A stretch of DNA of 64,000 nt from Yuukianura sp. NJ FZ-2021. Taxonomy: Eukaryota. The stretch is from contig CM102286.1 in assembly GCA_046563655.1 (NCBI GenBank), positions 10,974,001-11,038,000 on the forward strand, read 5' to 3'. Position 1 is the first letter of the stretch. Each line of letters starts with the position of its first letter. The translations under genes were made by a program, and so were the position numbers. Shown here in pieces: positions 1 to 14,284 of this stretch. The notes under the pieces were generated by a model. The model was not told the DNA's origin, did no database searches, and worked only from the letters and a program-made list of their open reading frames with translations.

Positions 1-1671
1 ACTGCTTTACACCAGAATGTTGTTGCAAACGATGACCTCGCAAACTCCTCGCACTGATGAACAGCTTGTTGCACACCGTACATTGAAAACATTTTTGTCG
101 AGACTTGTCATGCGATTCCATGTGTACCACTAGCTCACTTCTGGTTGTGAATGCCTTACCACAAATCTCACAAATAACGTCACGAATCCCGTCATGTACT
201 GCCTTCACATGCATTCGTAGTTTGTTCTTGTCACGTAACAATTTACCGCATATCTCACAAGGACAACGGTCATTTGCCTTCGTATGCTGGTATAGGCGAT
301 GAATGTCGAGGTAATTTTTCGTTGGAAACTTTCTTGCGCAACCCTCCACTTCACACTCAAACGGTTTCTCTGTACTGTGAACCGAAATTTGATGCGTTTT
401 GAGTTGACTCTTAGTTCCAAAAACTTTAGGACAGTCAGGACAACTACGACCTTCAAGGTCATCAGAGGTTAATCCATGACCGTGCTTGTACTTCAAATGT
501 CTCCGGTATTCCGTGCCTCGTTGATAACTTTTACCGCACTCTTCGCAAGTGAAACTCGGGGTTTCACCGTGTACGGACTTCAAATGTTCCGTGAATCTCG
601 CTTCTGAAGGAAACGAGGTTTCGCAGTTGTGAGGACAAAGTAATGGCTCTTTCAGTTTGGTTGGTTCTGAGGAATTCTGTGCGGATTCGGCAGAGTGGTG
701 CTTGACAGTTAAAGAATTGGCACTCGCAGATTCATGGTCCGCACAGTTCTCTTCCAAGTTTAGAGAACGTTTGATATCTTCCTTTGTCCGTCTACGTTCC
801 AACTCTTTCTTAGCAACATTTTTCTTGACTGATCTTCTGTTATCTTTAGGCGGGATTTGTCTGGAAGTGGTGACATTCTTCCTCAGGTTAACCTTATTTC
901 GTACCGCACCTGAACAAAGTTATTATATAAATGTTTGGTAAGTGTATTTGGCTTAAGCTTTTTCTAATTGTTAATTCTTCAAGTTTTGTCTTATAATATC
1001 ACCTTTCAATTTGTTTGTTCGCATTTTTCGCCTTGAAAGCCGGAGATGAGCTTCGTCTTCCGACGAGGTATATGATATATGGAGCTGATCCATCACAAAA
1101 GATGAATCCTCTTCCTTAATTACCGGAAAATCGGTGTCATGTTCATCCGTTTCCACCTTCACATTTACTACTGCCGAGTCGTCGTTCAGTAAAGGATCAG
1201 ATTCAAAATCCCGAGTTGCTGCAAATGACGACCATAGAATGGAACTTCTCAACAGCTTCTGGATGTATGAGCCGCCGACAGTCAGCTTCATAAACTTGAT
1301 GTAGGTTGCATTCAAACTAGTTAGCGCGGAGAGGCATTGAAAACACATCAGCAATCGACAATTGGATGGCACTTGCTTCTAAGAAAAAATTGATAAAAAG
1401 AAAAACTATTATTTTGAACAAAAATAAAATTAACTCAGTCGATTAGTGATTCCAGACTTCTTACACTTACTTTATGTAACTTGAGATTTGCCTCAAATAC
1501 GGTTGATATCATGACGGAAATCGGAATATCTCGGATAGGTTCCTCTTGTCCGACGCAGGGCTCATTTTCCGCATTACGTAACAAAAATATACTGCAATCG
1601 TCTCCGCCATTGATGTTTCCATCTTCATTAGGCAGTGCAGTCAAGACCCTTCTGCAATTGGCGCAAGGCAT
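1..1671 (-). CDS. ZAD-like N-terminus plus C2H2 zinc-finger array protein (3' end runs off the window)
   Basis: Exons ~1671-1471, 1378-1003, 909-<1 with GT/AG. CANC...CFQC pairs at the N-terminus (ZAD-like). Exon 3 encodes at least 7 C2H2 fingers, e.g. CEECGKSYQRGTEYRRHLKYKH, HSTEKPFECEVEGC, CEICGKAFTTRSELVVHMESH. Confidence 0.9.
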
Positions 1672-2693
1672 CGCTGTTGTCTGTAATTGATTTTGCCAGA
1701 TTACTGCCCGTGCCCTGCGTATCGCTCAATCCTGGTAAACTGCAATTCGCTTCCCCTATAAATTACAGAACAAAAACACATAATAAATGGAAAAATCACT
1801 TTCAAATTAAATAGTTTCATTTTCGTTGATCTGTAACGGACTCCCCTTCAATCCTACACAAGCATAAAACATAAATGACAAGCAAATAGCAATAACATAT
1901 AACTTTCATAAGCAACGATTATCGATTAACTTTACTTTCTAATTATTAGCTTACCGATTTCGCTATATAACTGCGACGCCTAAGTCGTTGTAACGCTTCC
2001 GTACGTCCGCTTCATGTAAAAATTAATTATTGTCATTTATTGTATCATGTGAGACGTTTCCAGAATTTTTTTTGCTGGAAAATGAATGTTTACATTTTCC
2101 CAAATGACGACGTCGCATTTGTTTTTACCTAGCCACATTTTTCCGGATGGAAATAGGGATCTCACTATTTCCCAGAAAAATCAGACGGAGAACGACGCTC
2201 CGGGCCGGGCTCCGAACAGTTTTTGGATTCGACTGTGACTTATGCGTCAACACAATGGTTGCACTACAAATATCATTTTAACAATAACTATTAAGTTAAG
2301 TTAAATTAAGTTTAAGTTAAAATAAAAACTGATTAAATAAAGTTAATTACAGTCACTGCGATGAGGCAGTAAAGCAACCAGCTTCCATGTGCGTGAGTTT
2401 GCCAAAGCGTTTCCGACATTGTACGTTTCAAACAGAAAATTGAGATATGATTTATTGAGCAAATTGTCCCACTGCGCTTAGGACGTAATTTAATTATAAT
2501 TAAAAATACTAAACGAACCATGGTGAAAATTATAACTTTGGTGCGTAAAGTATTCTCATAAAATTATCACCTAAAATTACAGGTGAAAGGTGTAACTTAA
2601 TGCATCATAGTAAATAAAAAAAAACTATTCCAACAAATCTCCCAAAATATAATTCTCTTAAAATAAACCAGAGTCACAATTAGTCTTGGTGTT

Positions 2694-5600
2694 AAACAAG
2701 GTAGGGCGATTCTCAAGGGTTGAGCATAGGTCTTCTGGAGGAAGTTGACAATTGATACGGCTTTTTAAACCGGCTGTCCGCAAACCCGTCGAAGAGAAAC
2801 GTTAAGACACCGTTTTTACTAGATTTATGCAACAAAACATCGCTCATAATTTTCAATGCAGATGTGGGGCCTTTTGTGCACAATTGCACCAAAATGTCAA
2901 AAAAACCGTTTGCATCAAAATGTTGTTCTACTTTGAACAGTTTTCACAAAATTGAACGTTCAAGAAACGGTGTCGAATATCGTTTCTTAAAATCAAAATC
3001 GGTTAGGTTAGGTTTTAGTTTGGAACAAACCAAACGCGTGGCACGACTCTGGCGTTGACCCAAATAAATTTTAAGCGAGCGATCTAACTTTGTCTGTACT
3101 TCCCTACTATTTTCCAAAGTGGGAAACTTGCCGCTGATTCTTCTCATTCCTGCGTACGACATTTGAGAACAAACCAAACGCGTGGCACGACTCTGGCGTT
3201 GACTCAAATATATTTTAAGCGAGCGATCTAACTTGGTCTGCACTTCCCTACTATTTTCCAAAGTGGGAAACTTGCCGCTGATTCTTCTCATTCCTGCGTA
3301 CGACATTTGAGAACAAACCAAACGCGTGGCACGACTCTGGCGTTGACTCAAATATATTTTACTCGAGCGATCTAACTTGGTCTGCACTTCCCTACTATTT
3401 TCCAAAGTGGGAAATTTGCCGCTGATTCTTCTCATTCCTGCGTACGACATTTGAGAACAAACCAAACGCGTGGCACGACTCTGGCGTTCGCTGAATTATA
3501 TTTTCTGCAAGTGATCTAACTTCGCCTGCACTTCAATACTGTTTCCCAAAGTGGGAAATTTACCGCTGATTCTTCTCATTCCTGCGTACGACATTTGAGA
3601 ACAAACCAAACGCGTGGCACGACTCTGGCGTTGACTCAAATAAATTTTAAGCGAGCGATCTAACTTGGTCTGCACTTCCCTACTATTTTCCAAAGTGGGA
3701 AATTTACCGCTGATTCTTCTCATTCGTACGTACGACATTTGAGAACAAACCAAACGCGTGGCACGACTCTGGCGTTGGCTGAATTATATTTTCTGCAAGT
3801 GATCTAACTTCGCCTGCACTTCAATACTGTTTCCCAAAGTGGGAAATTTACCGCTGATTCTTCTCATTCCTGCGTACGACATTTGAGAACAAACCAAACG
3901 CGTGGCACGACTCTGGCGTTGACTCAAATAAATTTTAAGCGAGCGATCTAACTTGGTCTGCACTTCCCTACTATTTTCCAAAGTGGGAAATTTACCGCTG
4001 ATTCTTCTCATTCGTACGTACGACATTTGAGAACAAACCAAAAGCGTGGCACGACTCTGGCGTTGACTCAAATAAATTTTAAGCGAGCGATCTAACTTTG
4101 TCTGTACTTCCCTACTATTTTCCAAAGTGGGAAATTTACCGCTGATTCTTCTCATTCCTGCGTACGACATTTGAGAACAAACCAAACGCGTGGCACGACT
4201 CTGGCGTTGACTCAAATAAATTTTAAGCGAGCGATCTAACTTGGTCTGCACTTCCCTACTATTTTCCAAAGTGGGAAATTTACCGCTGATTCTTCTCATT
4301 CGTACGTACGACATTTGAGAACAAACCAAACGCGTGGCACGACTCTGGCGTTGGCTGAATTATATTTTCTGCAAGTGATCTAACTTCACCTGCACTTCAA
4401 TACTGTTTCCCAAAGTGGGAAATTTACCGCTGATTCTTCTCATTCCTGCGTACGACATTTGAGAACAAACCAAACGCGTGGCACGACTCTGGCTTTGACT
4501 CAAATAAATTTTAAGCGAGCGATCTAACTTGGTCTGCACTTCCCTACTATTTTCCAAAGTGGGAAATTTACCGCTGATTCTTCTCATTCCTACGTACGAC
4601 ATTTGAGAACAAACCAAACGCGTGGCACGACTCTGGCGTTGGCTGAATTATATTTTCTGCAAGTGATCTAACTTCGCCTGCACTTCAATACTGTTTCCCA
4701 AAGTGGGAAATTTACCGCTGATTCTTCTCATTCCTGCGTACGACATTTGAGAACAAACCAAACGCGTGGCACGATTCTGGCGTTGACTCAACTATATTTT
4801 AAGCGAGCGATCTAACTTGGTCTGCACTTCCCTACTATTTTCCAAAGTGGGAAATTTGCCGCTGATTCTTCTCATTCGTACGTACGACATTTGAGAACAA
4901 ACCAAACGCGTGGCACGACTCTGGCGTTGGCTGAATTATATTTTCTGCAAGTGATCTAACTTCACCTGCACTTCAATACTATTTTCCAAAGTGGGAAATT
5001 TACCGCTGATTCTTCTCATTCGTACGTACGACATTTGAGAACAAACCAAACGCGTGGCACGACTCTGGCGTTGACTCAAATAAATTTTAAGCGAGCGATC
5101 TAACTTTGTCTGTACTTCCCTACTATTTTCCAAAGTGGGAAATTTACCGCTGATTCTTCTCATTCCTACGTACGACATTTGAGAACAAACCAAACGCGTG
5201 GCACGACTCTGGCGTTGACTCAAATATATTTTAAGCGAGCGATCTAACTTGGTCTGCACTTCCCTACTATTTTCCAAAGTGGGAAATTTACCGCTGATTC
5301 TTCTCATTCGTACGTACGACATTTGAGAACAAACCAAACGCGTGGCACGACTCTGGCGTTGACTCAAATAAATTTTAAGCGAGCGATCTAACTTTGTCTG
5401 TACTTCCCTACTATTTTCCAAAGTGGGAAATTTACCGCTGATTCTTCTCATTCCTACGTACGACATTTGAGAACAAACCAAACGCGTGGCACGACTCTGG
5501 CGTTGACTCAAATATATTTTAAGCGAGCGATCTAACTTGGTCTGCACTTCCCTACTATTTTCCAAAGTGGGAAATTTGCCGCTGATTCTTCTCATTCGTA

Positions 5601-8600
5601 CGTACGACATTTGAGAACAAACCAAACGCGTGGCACGACTCTGGCGTTGGCTGAATTATATTTTCTGCAAGTGATCTAACTTCACCTGCACTTCAATACT
5701 ATTTTCCAAAGTGGGAAATTTACCGCTGATTCTTCTCATTCGTACGTACGACATTTGAGAACAAACCAAACGCGTGGCACGACTCTGGCGTTGACTCAAA
5801 TAAATTTTAAGCGAGCGATCTAACTTTGTCTGTACTTCCCTACTATTTTCCAAAGTGGGAAATTTACCGCTGATTCTTCTCATTCCTACGTACGACATTT
5901 GAGAACAAACCAAACGCGTGGCACGACTCTGGCGTTGACTCAAATATATTTTAAGCGAGCGATCTAACTTGGTCTGCACTTCCCTACTATTTTCCAAAGT
6001 GGGAAATTTACCGCTGATTCTTCTCATTCGTACGTACGACATTTGAGAACAAACCAAACGCGTGGCACGACTCTGGCGTTGACTCAAATAAATTTTAAGC
6101 GAGCGATCTAACTTTGTCTGTACTTCCCTACTATTTTCCAAAGTGGGAAATTTACCGCTGATTCTTCTCATTCCTACGTACGACATTTGAGAACAAACCA
6201 AACGCGTGGCACGACTCTGGCGTTGACTCAAATATATTTTAAGCGAGCGATCTAACTTGGTCTGCACTTCCCTACTATTTTCCAAAGTGGGAAATTTGCC
6301 GCTGATTCTTCTCATTCGTACGTACGACATTTGAGAACAAACCAAACGCGTGGCACGACTCTGGCGTTGACTCAAATAAATTTTAAGCGAGCGATCTAAC
6401 TTGGTCTGCACTTCCCTACTATTTTCCAAAGTGGGAAATTTACCGCTGATTCTTCTCATTCGTACGTACGGCATTTGAGAACAAACCAAACGCGTGGCAC
6501 GACTCTGGCGTTGACTCAAATATATTTTAAGCGAGCGATCTAACTTGGTCTGCACTTCCCTACTATTTTCCAAAATGGGAAATTTACCGCTGATTTTTCT
6601 CATTCGTACGTACGACATTTGAGAACAAACCAAACGCGCGGCACGACTCTGGCGTTGACTCAAATATATTTTAAGCGAGCGATCTAACTTGGTCTGCACT
6701 TCCCTACTATTTTCCAAAGTGGGAAATTTACCGCTGATTCTTCTCATTCCTACGTACGACATTTGAGAACAAACCAAACGCGTGGCACGACTCTGGCGTT
6801 GACTCAAATAAATTTTAAGCGAGCGATCTAACTTGGTCTGCACTTCCCTACTATTTTCAAAAGTGGGAAATTTACCGCTGATTCTTCTCATTCCTACGTA
6901 CGACATTTGAGAACAAACCAAACGCGTGGCACGACTCTGGCGTTTGCTGAATTATATTTTCTGCAAGTGATCTAACTTCACCTGCACTTCAATACTGTTT
7001 CCCAAAGTGGGAAATTTACCGCTGATTCTTCTCATTCCTGCGTACGACATTTGAGAACAAACCAAACGCGTGGCACGACTCTGGCGTTGACTCAAATATA
7101 TTTTAAGCGAGCGATCTAACTTGGTCTGCACTTCCCTACTATTTTCCAAAGTGGGAAATTCGCCGCTGATTCTTCTCATTCGTACGTACGACATTTGAGA
7201 ACAAACCAAACGCGCGGCACGACTCTGGCGTTGACTCAAATAAATTTTAAGCGAGCGATCTAACTTGGTCTGCACTTCCCTACTATTTTCCAAAGTGGGA
7301 AATTTACCGCTGATTCTTCTCATTCGTACGTACGACATTTGAGAACAAACCAAACGCGTGGCACGACTCTGGCGTTGGCTGAATTATATTTTCGGCAAGT
7401 GATCTAACTTCGCTTGCACTTCAATACTGTTTCCCAAAGTGGGAAATTTACCGCTGATTCTTCTCATTCCTGCGTACGACATTTGAGAACAAACCAAACG
7501 CGTGGCACGACTCTGGCGTTGACTCAAATAAATTTTAAGCGAGCGATCTAACTTGGTCTGCACTTCCCTACTATTTTCCAAAGTGGGAAATTTGCCGCTG
7601 ATTCTTCTCATTCCTGCGTACGACATTTAAGAACAAACCAAACGCGTGGCACGACTCTGGCTTTGACTCAAATAAATTTTAAGCGAGCGATCTAACTTGG
7701 TCTGCACTTCCCTACTATTTTCCAAAGTGGGAAATTTACCGCTGATTCTTCTCATTCGTACGTACGACATTTGAGAACAAACCAAACGCGTGGCACGACT
7801 CTGGCGTTGGCTGAATTATATTTTCGGCAAGTGATCTAACTTCGCTTGCACTTCAATACTGTTTCCCAAAGTGGGAAATTTACCGCTGATTCTTCTCATT
7901 CCTGCGTACGACATTTGAGAACAAACCAAACGCGTGGCACGACTCTGGCGTTGACTCAAATAAATTTTAAGCGAGCGATCTAACTTGGTCTGCACTTCCC
8001 TACTATTTTCCAAAGTGGGAAATTTGCCGCTGATTCTTCTCATTCCTGCGTACGACATTTAAGAACAAACCAAACGCGTGGCACGACTCTGGCTTTGACT
8101 CAAATAAATTTTAAGCGAGCGATCTAACTTGGTCTGCACTTCCCTACTATTTTCCAAAGTGGGAAATTTACCGCTGATTCTTCTCATTCCTACGTACGAC
8201 ATTTGAGAACAAACCAAACGCGTGGCACGACTCTGGCGTTGGCTGAATTATATTTTAAGCGAGCGATCTAACTTGGTCTGCACTTCCCTAGTATTTTCCA
8301 AAGTGGGAAATTTGCCGCTGATTCTTCTCATTCCTGCGTACGACATTTGAGAACAAACCAAACGCGTGACACGACTCTGGCGTTGGCTGAATTATATTTT
8401 CTGCAAGTGATCTAACTTCGCCTGCACTTCAATACTGTTTCCCAAAGTGGGAAATTTACCGCTGATTCTTCTCATTCCTGCGTACGACATTTGAGAACAA
8501 ACCAAACGCGTGGCACGACTCTGGCGTTGACTCAAATAAATTTTAAGCGAGTGATCTAACTTGGTCTGAACTTCCATACTATTTTCCAAAGTGGGAAATT

Positions 8601-11600
8601 TACCGCTGATTCTTCTCATTCCTACGTACGACATTTGAGAACAAACCAAACGCGTGGCACGACTCTGGCGTTGGCTGAATTATATTTTCTGCAAGTGATC
8701 TAACTTCACCTGCACTTCAATACTGTTTCCCAAAGTGGGAAATTTACCGCTGATTCTTCTCATTCCTGCGTACGACATTTGAGAACAAACCAAACGCGTG
8801 GCACGACTCTGGCGTTGACTCAAATAAATTTTAAGCGAGCGATCTAATTGGTCTGAACTTCCCTACTATTTTCCAAAGTGGGAAATTTACCGCTGATTCT
8901 TCTCATTCCTACGTACGACATTTAAGAACAAACCAAACGCGTGGCACGACTCTGGCGTTGGCTGAATTATATTTTCTGCAAGTGATCTAACTTCGCCTGC
9001 ACTTCAATACTGTTTCCCAAAGTGGGAAATTTACCGCTGATTCATCTCATTCGTACGTACGACATTTGAGAACAAACCAAACGCGTGGCACGACTCTGGC
9101 GTTGACTCAAATAAATTTTAAGCGAGCGATCTAACTTTGTCTGTACTTCCCTACTATTTTCCAAAGTGGGAAATTTACCGCTGATTCTTCTCATTCCTAC
9201 GTACGACATTTGAGAACAAACCAAACGCGTGGCACGACTCTGGCGTTGACTCAAATATATTTTAAGCGAGCGATCTAACTTGGTCTGCACTTCCCTACTA
9301 TTTTCCAAAGTGGGAAATTTGCCGCTGATTCTTCTCATTCGTACGTACGACATTTGAGAACAAACCAAACGCGTGGCACGACTCTGGCGTTGACTCAAAT
9401 AAATTTTAAGCGAGCGATCTAACTTGGTCTGCACTTCCCTACTATTTTCCAAAGTGGGAAATTTACCGCTGATTCTTCTCATTCGTACGTACGGCATTTG
9501 AGAACAAACCAAACGCGTGGCACGACTCTGGGGTTGACTCAAATATATTTTAAGCGAGCGATCTAACTTGGTCTGCACTTCCCTACTATTTTCCAAAATG
9601 GGAAATTTACCGCTGATTTTTCTCATTCGTACGTACGACATTTGAGAACAAACCAAACGCGCGGCACGACTCTGGCGTTGACTCAAATATATTTTAAGCG
9701 AGCGATCTAACTTGGTCTGCACTTCCCTACTATTTTCCAAAGTGGGAAATTTACCGCTGATTCTTCTCATTCCTACGTACGACATTTGAGAACAAACCAA
9801 ACGCGTGGCACGACTCTGGCGTTGACTCAAATAAATTTTAAGCGAGCGATCTAACTTGGTCTGCACTTCCCTACTATTTTCAAAAGTGGGAAATTTACCG
9901 CTGATTCTTCTCATTCCTACGTACGACATTTGAGAACAAACCAAACGCGTGGCACGACTCTGGCGTTTGCTGAATTATATTTTCTGCAAGTGATCTAACT
10001 TCACCTGCACTTCAATACTGTTTCCCAAAGTGGGAAATTTACCGCTGATTCTTCTCATTCCTGCGTACGACATTTGAGAACAAACCAAACGCGTGGCACG
10101 ACTCTGGCGTTGACTCAAATATATTTTAAGCGAGCGATCTAACTTGGTCTGCACTTCCCTACTATTTTCCAAAGTGGGAAATTCGCCGCTGATTCTTCTC
10201 ATTCGTACGTACGACATTTGAGAACAAACCAAACGCGCGGCACGACTCTGGCGTTGACTCAAATAAATTTTAAGCGAGCGATCTAACTTGGTCTGCACTT
10301 CCCTACTATTTTCCAAAGTGGGAAATTTACCGCTGATTCTTCTCATTCGTACGTACGACATTTGAGAACAAACCAAACGCGTGGCACGACTCTGGCGTTG
10401 GCTGAATTATATTTTCGGCAAGTGATCTAACTTCGCTTGCACTTCAATACTGTTTCCCAAAGTGGGAAATTTACCGCTGATTCTTCTCATTCCTGCGTAC
10501 GACATTTGAGAACAAACCAAACGCGTGGCACGACTCTGGCGTTGACTCAAATAAATTTTAAGCGAGCGATCTAACTTGGTCTGCACTTCCCTACTATTTT
10601 CCAAAGTGGGAAATTTGCCGCTGATTCTTCTCATTCCTGCGTACGACATTTAAGAACAAACCAAACGCGTGGCACGACTCTGGCTTTGACTCAAATAAAT
10701 TTTAAGCGAGCGATCTAACTTGGTCTGCACTTCCCTACTATTTTCCAAAGTGGGAAATTTACCGCTGATTCTTCTCATTCCTACGTACGACATTTGAGAA
10801 CAAACCAAACGCGTGGCACGACTCTGGCGTTGGCTGAATTATATTTTAAGCGAGCGATCTAACTTGGTCTGCACTTCCCTAGTATTTTCCAAAGTGGGAA
10901 ATTTGCCGCTGATTCTTCTCATTCCTGCGTACGACATTTGAGAACAAACCAAACGCGTGGCACGACTCTGGCGTTGGCTGAATTATATTTTCTGCAAGTG
11001 ATCTAACTTCGCCTGCACTTCAATACTGTTTCCCAAAGTGGGAAATTTACCGCTGATTCTTCTCATTCCTGCGTACGACATTTGAGAACAAACCAAACGC
11101 GTGGCACGACTCTGGCGTTGACTCAAATAAATTTTAAGCGAGTGATCTAACTTGGTCTGAACTTCCATACTATTTTCCAAAGTGGGAAATTTACCGCTGA
11201 TTCTTCTCATTCCTACGTACGACATTTGAGAACAAACCAAACGCGTGGCACGACTCTGGCGTTGGCTGAATTATATTTTCTGCAAGTGATCTAACTTCAC
11301 CTGCACTTCAATACTGTTTCCCAAAGTGGGAAATTTACCGCTGATTCTTCTCATTCCTGCGTACGACATTTGAGAACAAACCAAACGCGTGGCACGACTC
11401 TGGCGTTGACTCAAATAAATTTTAAGCGAGCGATCTAATTGGTCTGAACTTCCCTACTATTTTCCAAAGTGGGAAATTTACCGCTGATTCTTCTCATTCC
11501 TACGTACGACATTTAAGAACAAACCAAACGCGTGGCACGACTCTGGCGTTGGCTGAATTATATTTTCTGCAAGTGATCTAACTTCGCCTGCACTTCAATA

Positions 11601-14284
11601 CTGTTTCCCAAAGTGGGAAATTTACCGCTGATTCATCTCATTCCTGCGTACGACATTTGAGAACAAACCAAACGCGTGGCACGACTCTGGCGTTGACTCA
11701 AATAAATTTTAAGCGAGCGATCTAACTTCGTCTGAACTTCCATACTATTTTCCAAAGTGGGAAATTTACCGCTGATTCTTCTCATTCCTACGTACGACAT
11801 TTGAGAACAAACCAAACGCGTGGCACGACTCTGGCGTTTGCTGAATTATATTTTCTGCAAGTGATCTAACTTCACCTGCACTTCAATACTGTTTCCCAAA
11901 GTGGGAAATTTACCGCTGATTCTTCTCATTCCTGCGTACGACATTTGAGAACAAACCAAACGCGTGGCACGACTCTGGCTTTGACTCAAATAAATTTTAA
12001 GCGAGCGATCTAACTTGGTCTGCACTTCCCTACTATTTTCCAAAGTGGGAAATTTACCGCTGATTCTTCTCATTCCTACGTACGACATTTGAGAACAAAC
12101 CAAACGCGTGGCACGACTCTGGCGTTGGCTGAATTATATTTTCTGCAAGTGATCTAACTTCGCCTGCACTTCAATACTGTTTCCCAAAGTGGGAAATTTA
12201 CCGCTGATTCTTTTCATTCCTGCGTACGACATTTGAGAACAAACCAAACGCGTGGCACGACTCTGGCGTTGACTCAAATAAATTTTAAGTGAGCGATCTA
12301 ACTTGGTCTGCACTTCCCTACTATTTTGCAAAGTGGGAAATTTGCCGCTGATTCTTCTCATTCCTGCGTACGACATTTGAGAACAAACCAAACGCGTGGC
12401 ACGACTCTGGCTTTGACTCAAATAAATTTTAAGCGAGCGATCTAACTTCGTCTGAACTTCCATACTATTTTCCAAAGTGGGAAATTTACCGCTGATTCTT
12501 CTCATTCCTACGTACGACATTTGAGAACAAACCAAACGCGTGGCACGACTCTGGCGTTTGCTGAATTATATTTTCTGCAAGTGATCTAACTTCACCTGCA
12601 CTTCAATACTGTTTCCCAAAGTGGGAAATTTACCGCTGATTCTTCTCATTCCTGCGTACGACATTTGAGAACAAACCAAACGCGTGGCACGACTCTGGCT
12701 TTGACTCAAATAAATTTTAAGCGAGCGATCTAACTTGGTCTGCACTTCCCTACTATTTTCCAAAGTGGGAAATTTACCGCTGATTCTTCTCATTCCTACG
12801 TACGACATTTGAGAACAAACCAAACGCGTGGCACGACTCTGGCGTTGGCTGAATTATATTTTCTGCAAGTGATCTAACTTCGCCTGCACTTCAATACTGT
12901 TTCCCAAAATGGGAAATTTACCGCTGATTCTTCTCATTCCTGCGTACGACATTTGAGAACAAACCAAATGCGTGGCACGACTCTGGCGTTGGCTGAAATA
13001 TATTTTCTGCAAGTGATCGAACTTCACCTGCACTTCAATACTGTTTCCCAAAGTGGGAAATTTACCGCTGATTCTTCTCATTCCTACGTACGACATTTGA
13101 GAACAAACCAAACGCGTGGCACGACTCTGGCGTTGGCTGAATTATATTTTCTGCAAGTGATCTAACTTCGCCTGCACTTCAATACTGTTTCCCAAAATGG
13201 GAAATTTACCGCTGATTCTTCTCATTCCTGCGTACGACATTTGAGAACAAACCAAATGCGTGGCACGACTCTGGCGTTGGCTGAAATATATTTTCTGCAA
13301 GTGATCGAACTTCACCTGCACTTCAATACTGTTTCCCAAGGTGGGAAACTTAAAGCTGATTCTTCTCATTCATACGGGCGAAATTTGAGAACAAACCATC
13401 GGCATCCAAGGCGAAATTTGTGTACTTTTGTGTATTACATTTAAGTTTAACGATTTATGACTAATATGTTACCAGGTTTGCTTGCGTTCATTTAGCTTCA
13501 TTGTACTTACCATACATCCCGACATTTGACAAAGGTAACAGGAACGACTACCGAACAGTGTTCCGAAATCCAAGAGAAAGTGGATAATCCTCAACTCAAC
13601 TATATTACGTGTAAATTGTTTTACTAATTTTTGTAAAATTGCATCAAAAGGGAAATTATATCAAAAGAAAATTGTATCAAATCAAATGGATATTAAAGTT
13701 GTGATAGATGAGAGTTCAAAAAGCGATTTCTAAATCTTCGAAAAACGGACACCCTACTCAACGTATAAATGCCATCATTTCTTTTACATTTGTAAATGCA
13801 CCATGTGTTATTAAGTGCATAAGCTGTGGAGTCGAATATCGCTTGTTCAAAATGAAAATAAAAATTTGTTGCAAAGGCAAATTTGAACCCTGCCAAACAC
13901 TGTTTACCTATTAAGAATTTAAGCCGGAATTTCTAGCCTCTAATTAGGCTTAATTTAACAACGTGATTAAACTAACTATCAGAAAATGAGATCAAAACTT
14001 CGTTGTTAAAAAATATTTTGAGTATAATGCAGACCTAACACAAAATTTTGACGACTTAAGAAACAGCAACGCGAAGCAGCCGCATACTTTGGCGTTGTTA
14101 ATGTACGACTTTGAGTGCAATGTAGAGGTAGAGAAAACACTTGAGCCATACATACATAACCCCCCGAACGGGATTGGCCTCATGCTTCAGTGGAAGGGGT
14201 CCTAAAAAATGTGACAGACAGACAGACAAAGTCGTATCAATAGTCTTCTTCAGCACGTCGTAGACGTGCGTCTCCAGAAGACTA
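2694..14284 (-). mobile_element. Non-autonomous Helentron-like (HINE/DINE-type) element carrying an expanded central tandem repeat
   Basis: GTCTTCTGGAG (2730-2740) is the exact reverse complement of CTCCAGAAGAC (14272-14282). ATTGATACGGCTTT (2751-2764) pairs 13/14 with 14228-14241. Right end: inverted repeat TAGTCTTCT...AGAAGACTA around the hairpin GCACGTC-GTA-GACGTGC, (GACA)4 at 14213-14228, and an adjacent A/T run. Left end: small hairpin CTCAA-GGG-TTGAG at 2712-2724. The left boundary is approximate. Confidence 0.7.
3023..13398. repeat. 144-bp tandem (satellite-like) array, 72 units, two subtypes with higher-order structure
   Basis: GAACAAACC anchor recurs every 144 bp from 3023 to 13389 (10366 bp = 72x144 minus two 1-bp deletions at ~8848 and ~11438). 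Subtype A 'gactcaaataaattttaagcgagcgatc' and subtype B 'ggctgaattatattttctgcaagtgatc'. Confidence 0.98.

Noticed and set aside
3001..3012. TTAGG telomere-like motif at the array edge
   Set aside because: Only two copies, interstitial.
2944..13369. Long minus-strand ORFs made of 48-aa repeats
   Set aside because: A by-product of the 144-bp unit being divisible by 3. Frames break at most subtype-B units and at 1-bp deletions, and no gene structure is evident.
3023..13398. CRISPR-like array
   Set aside because: No unique spacers, no cas genes, eukaryotic context.
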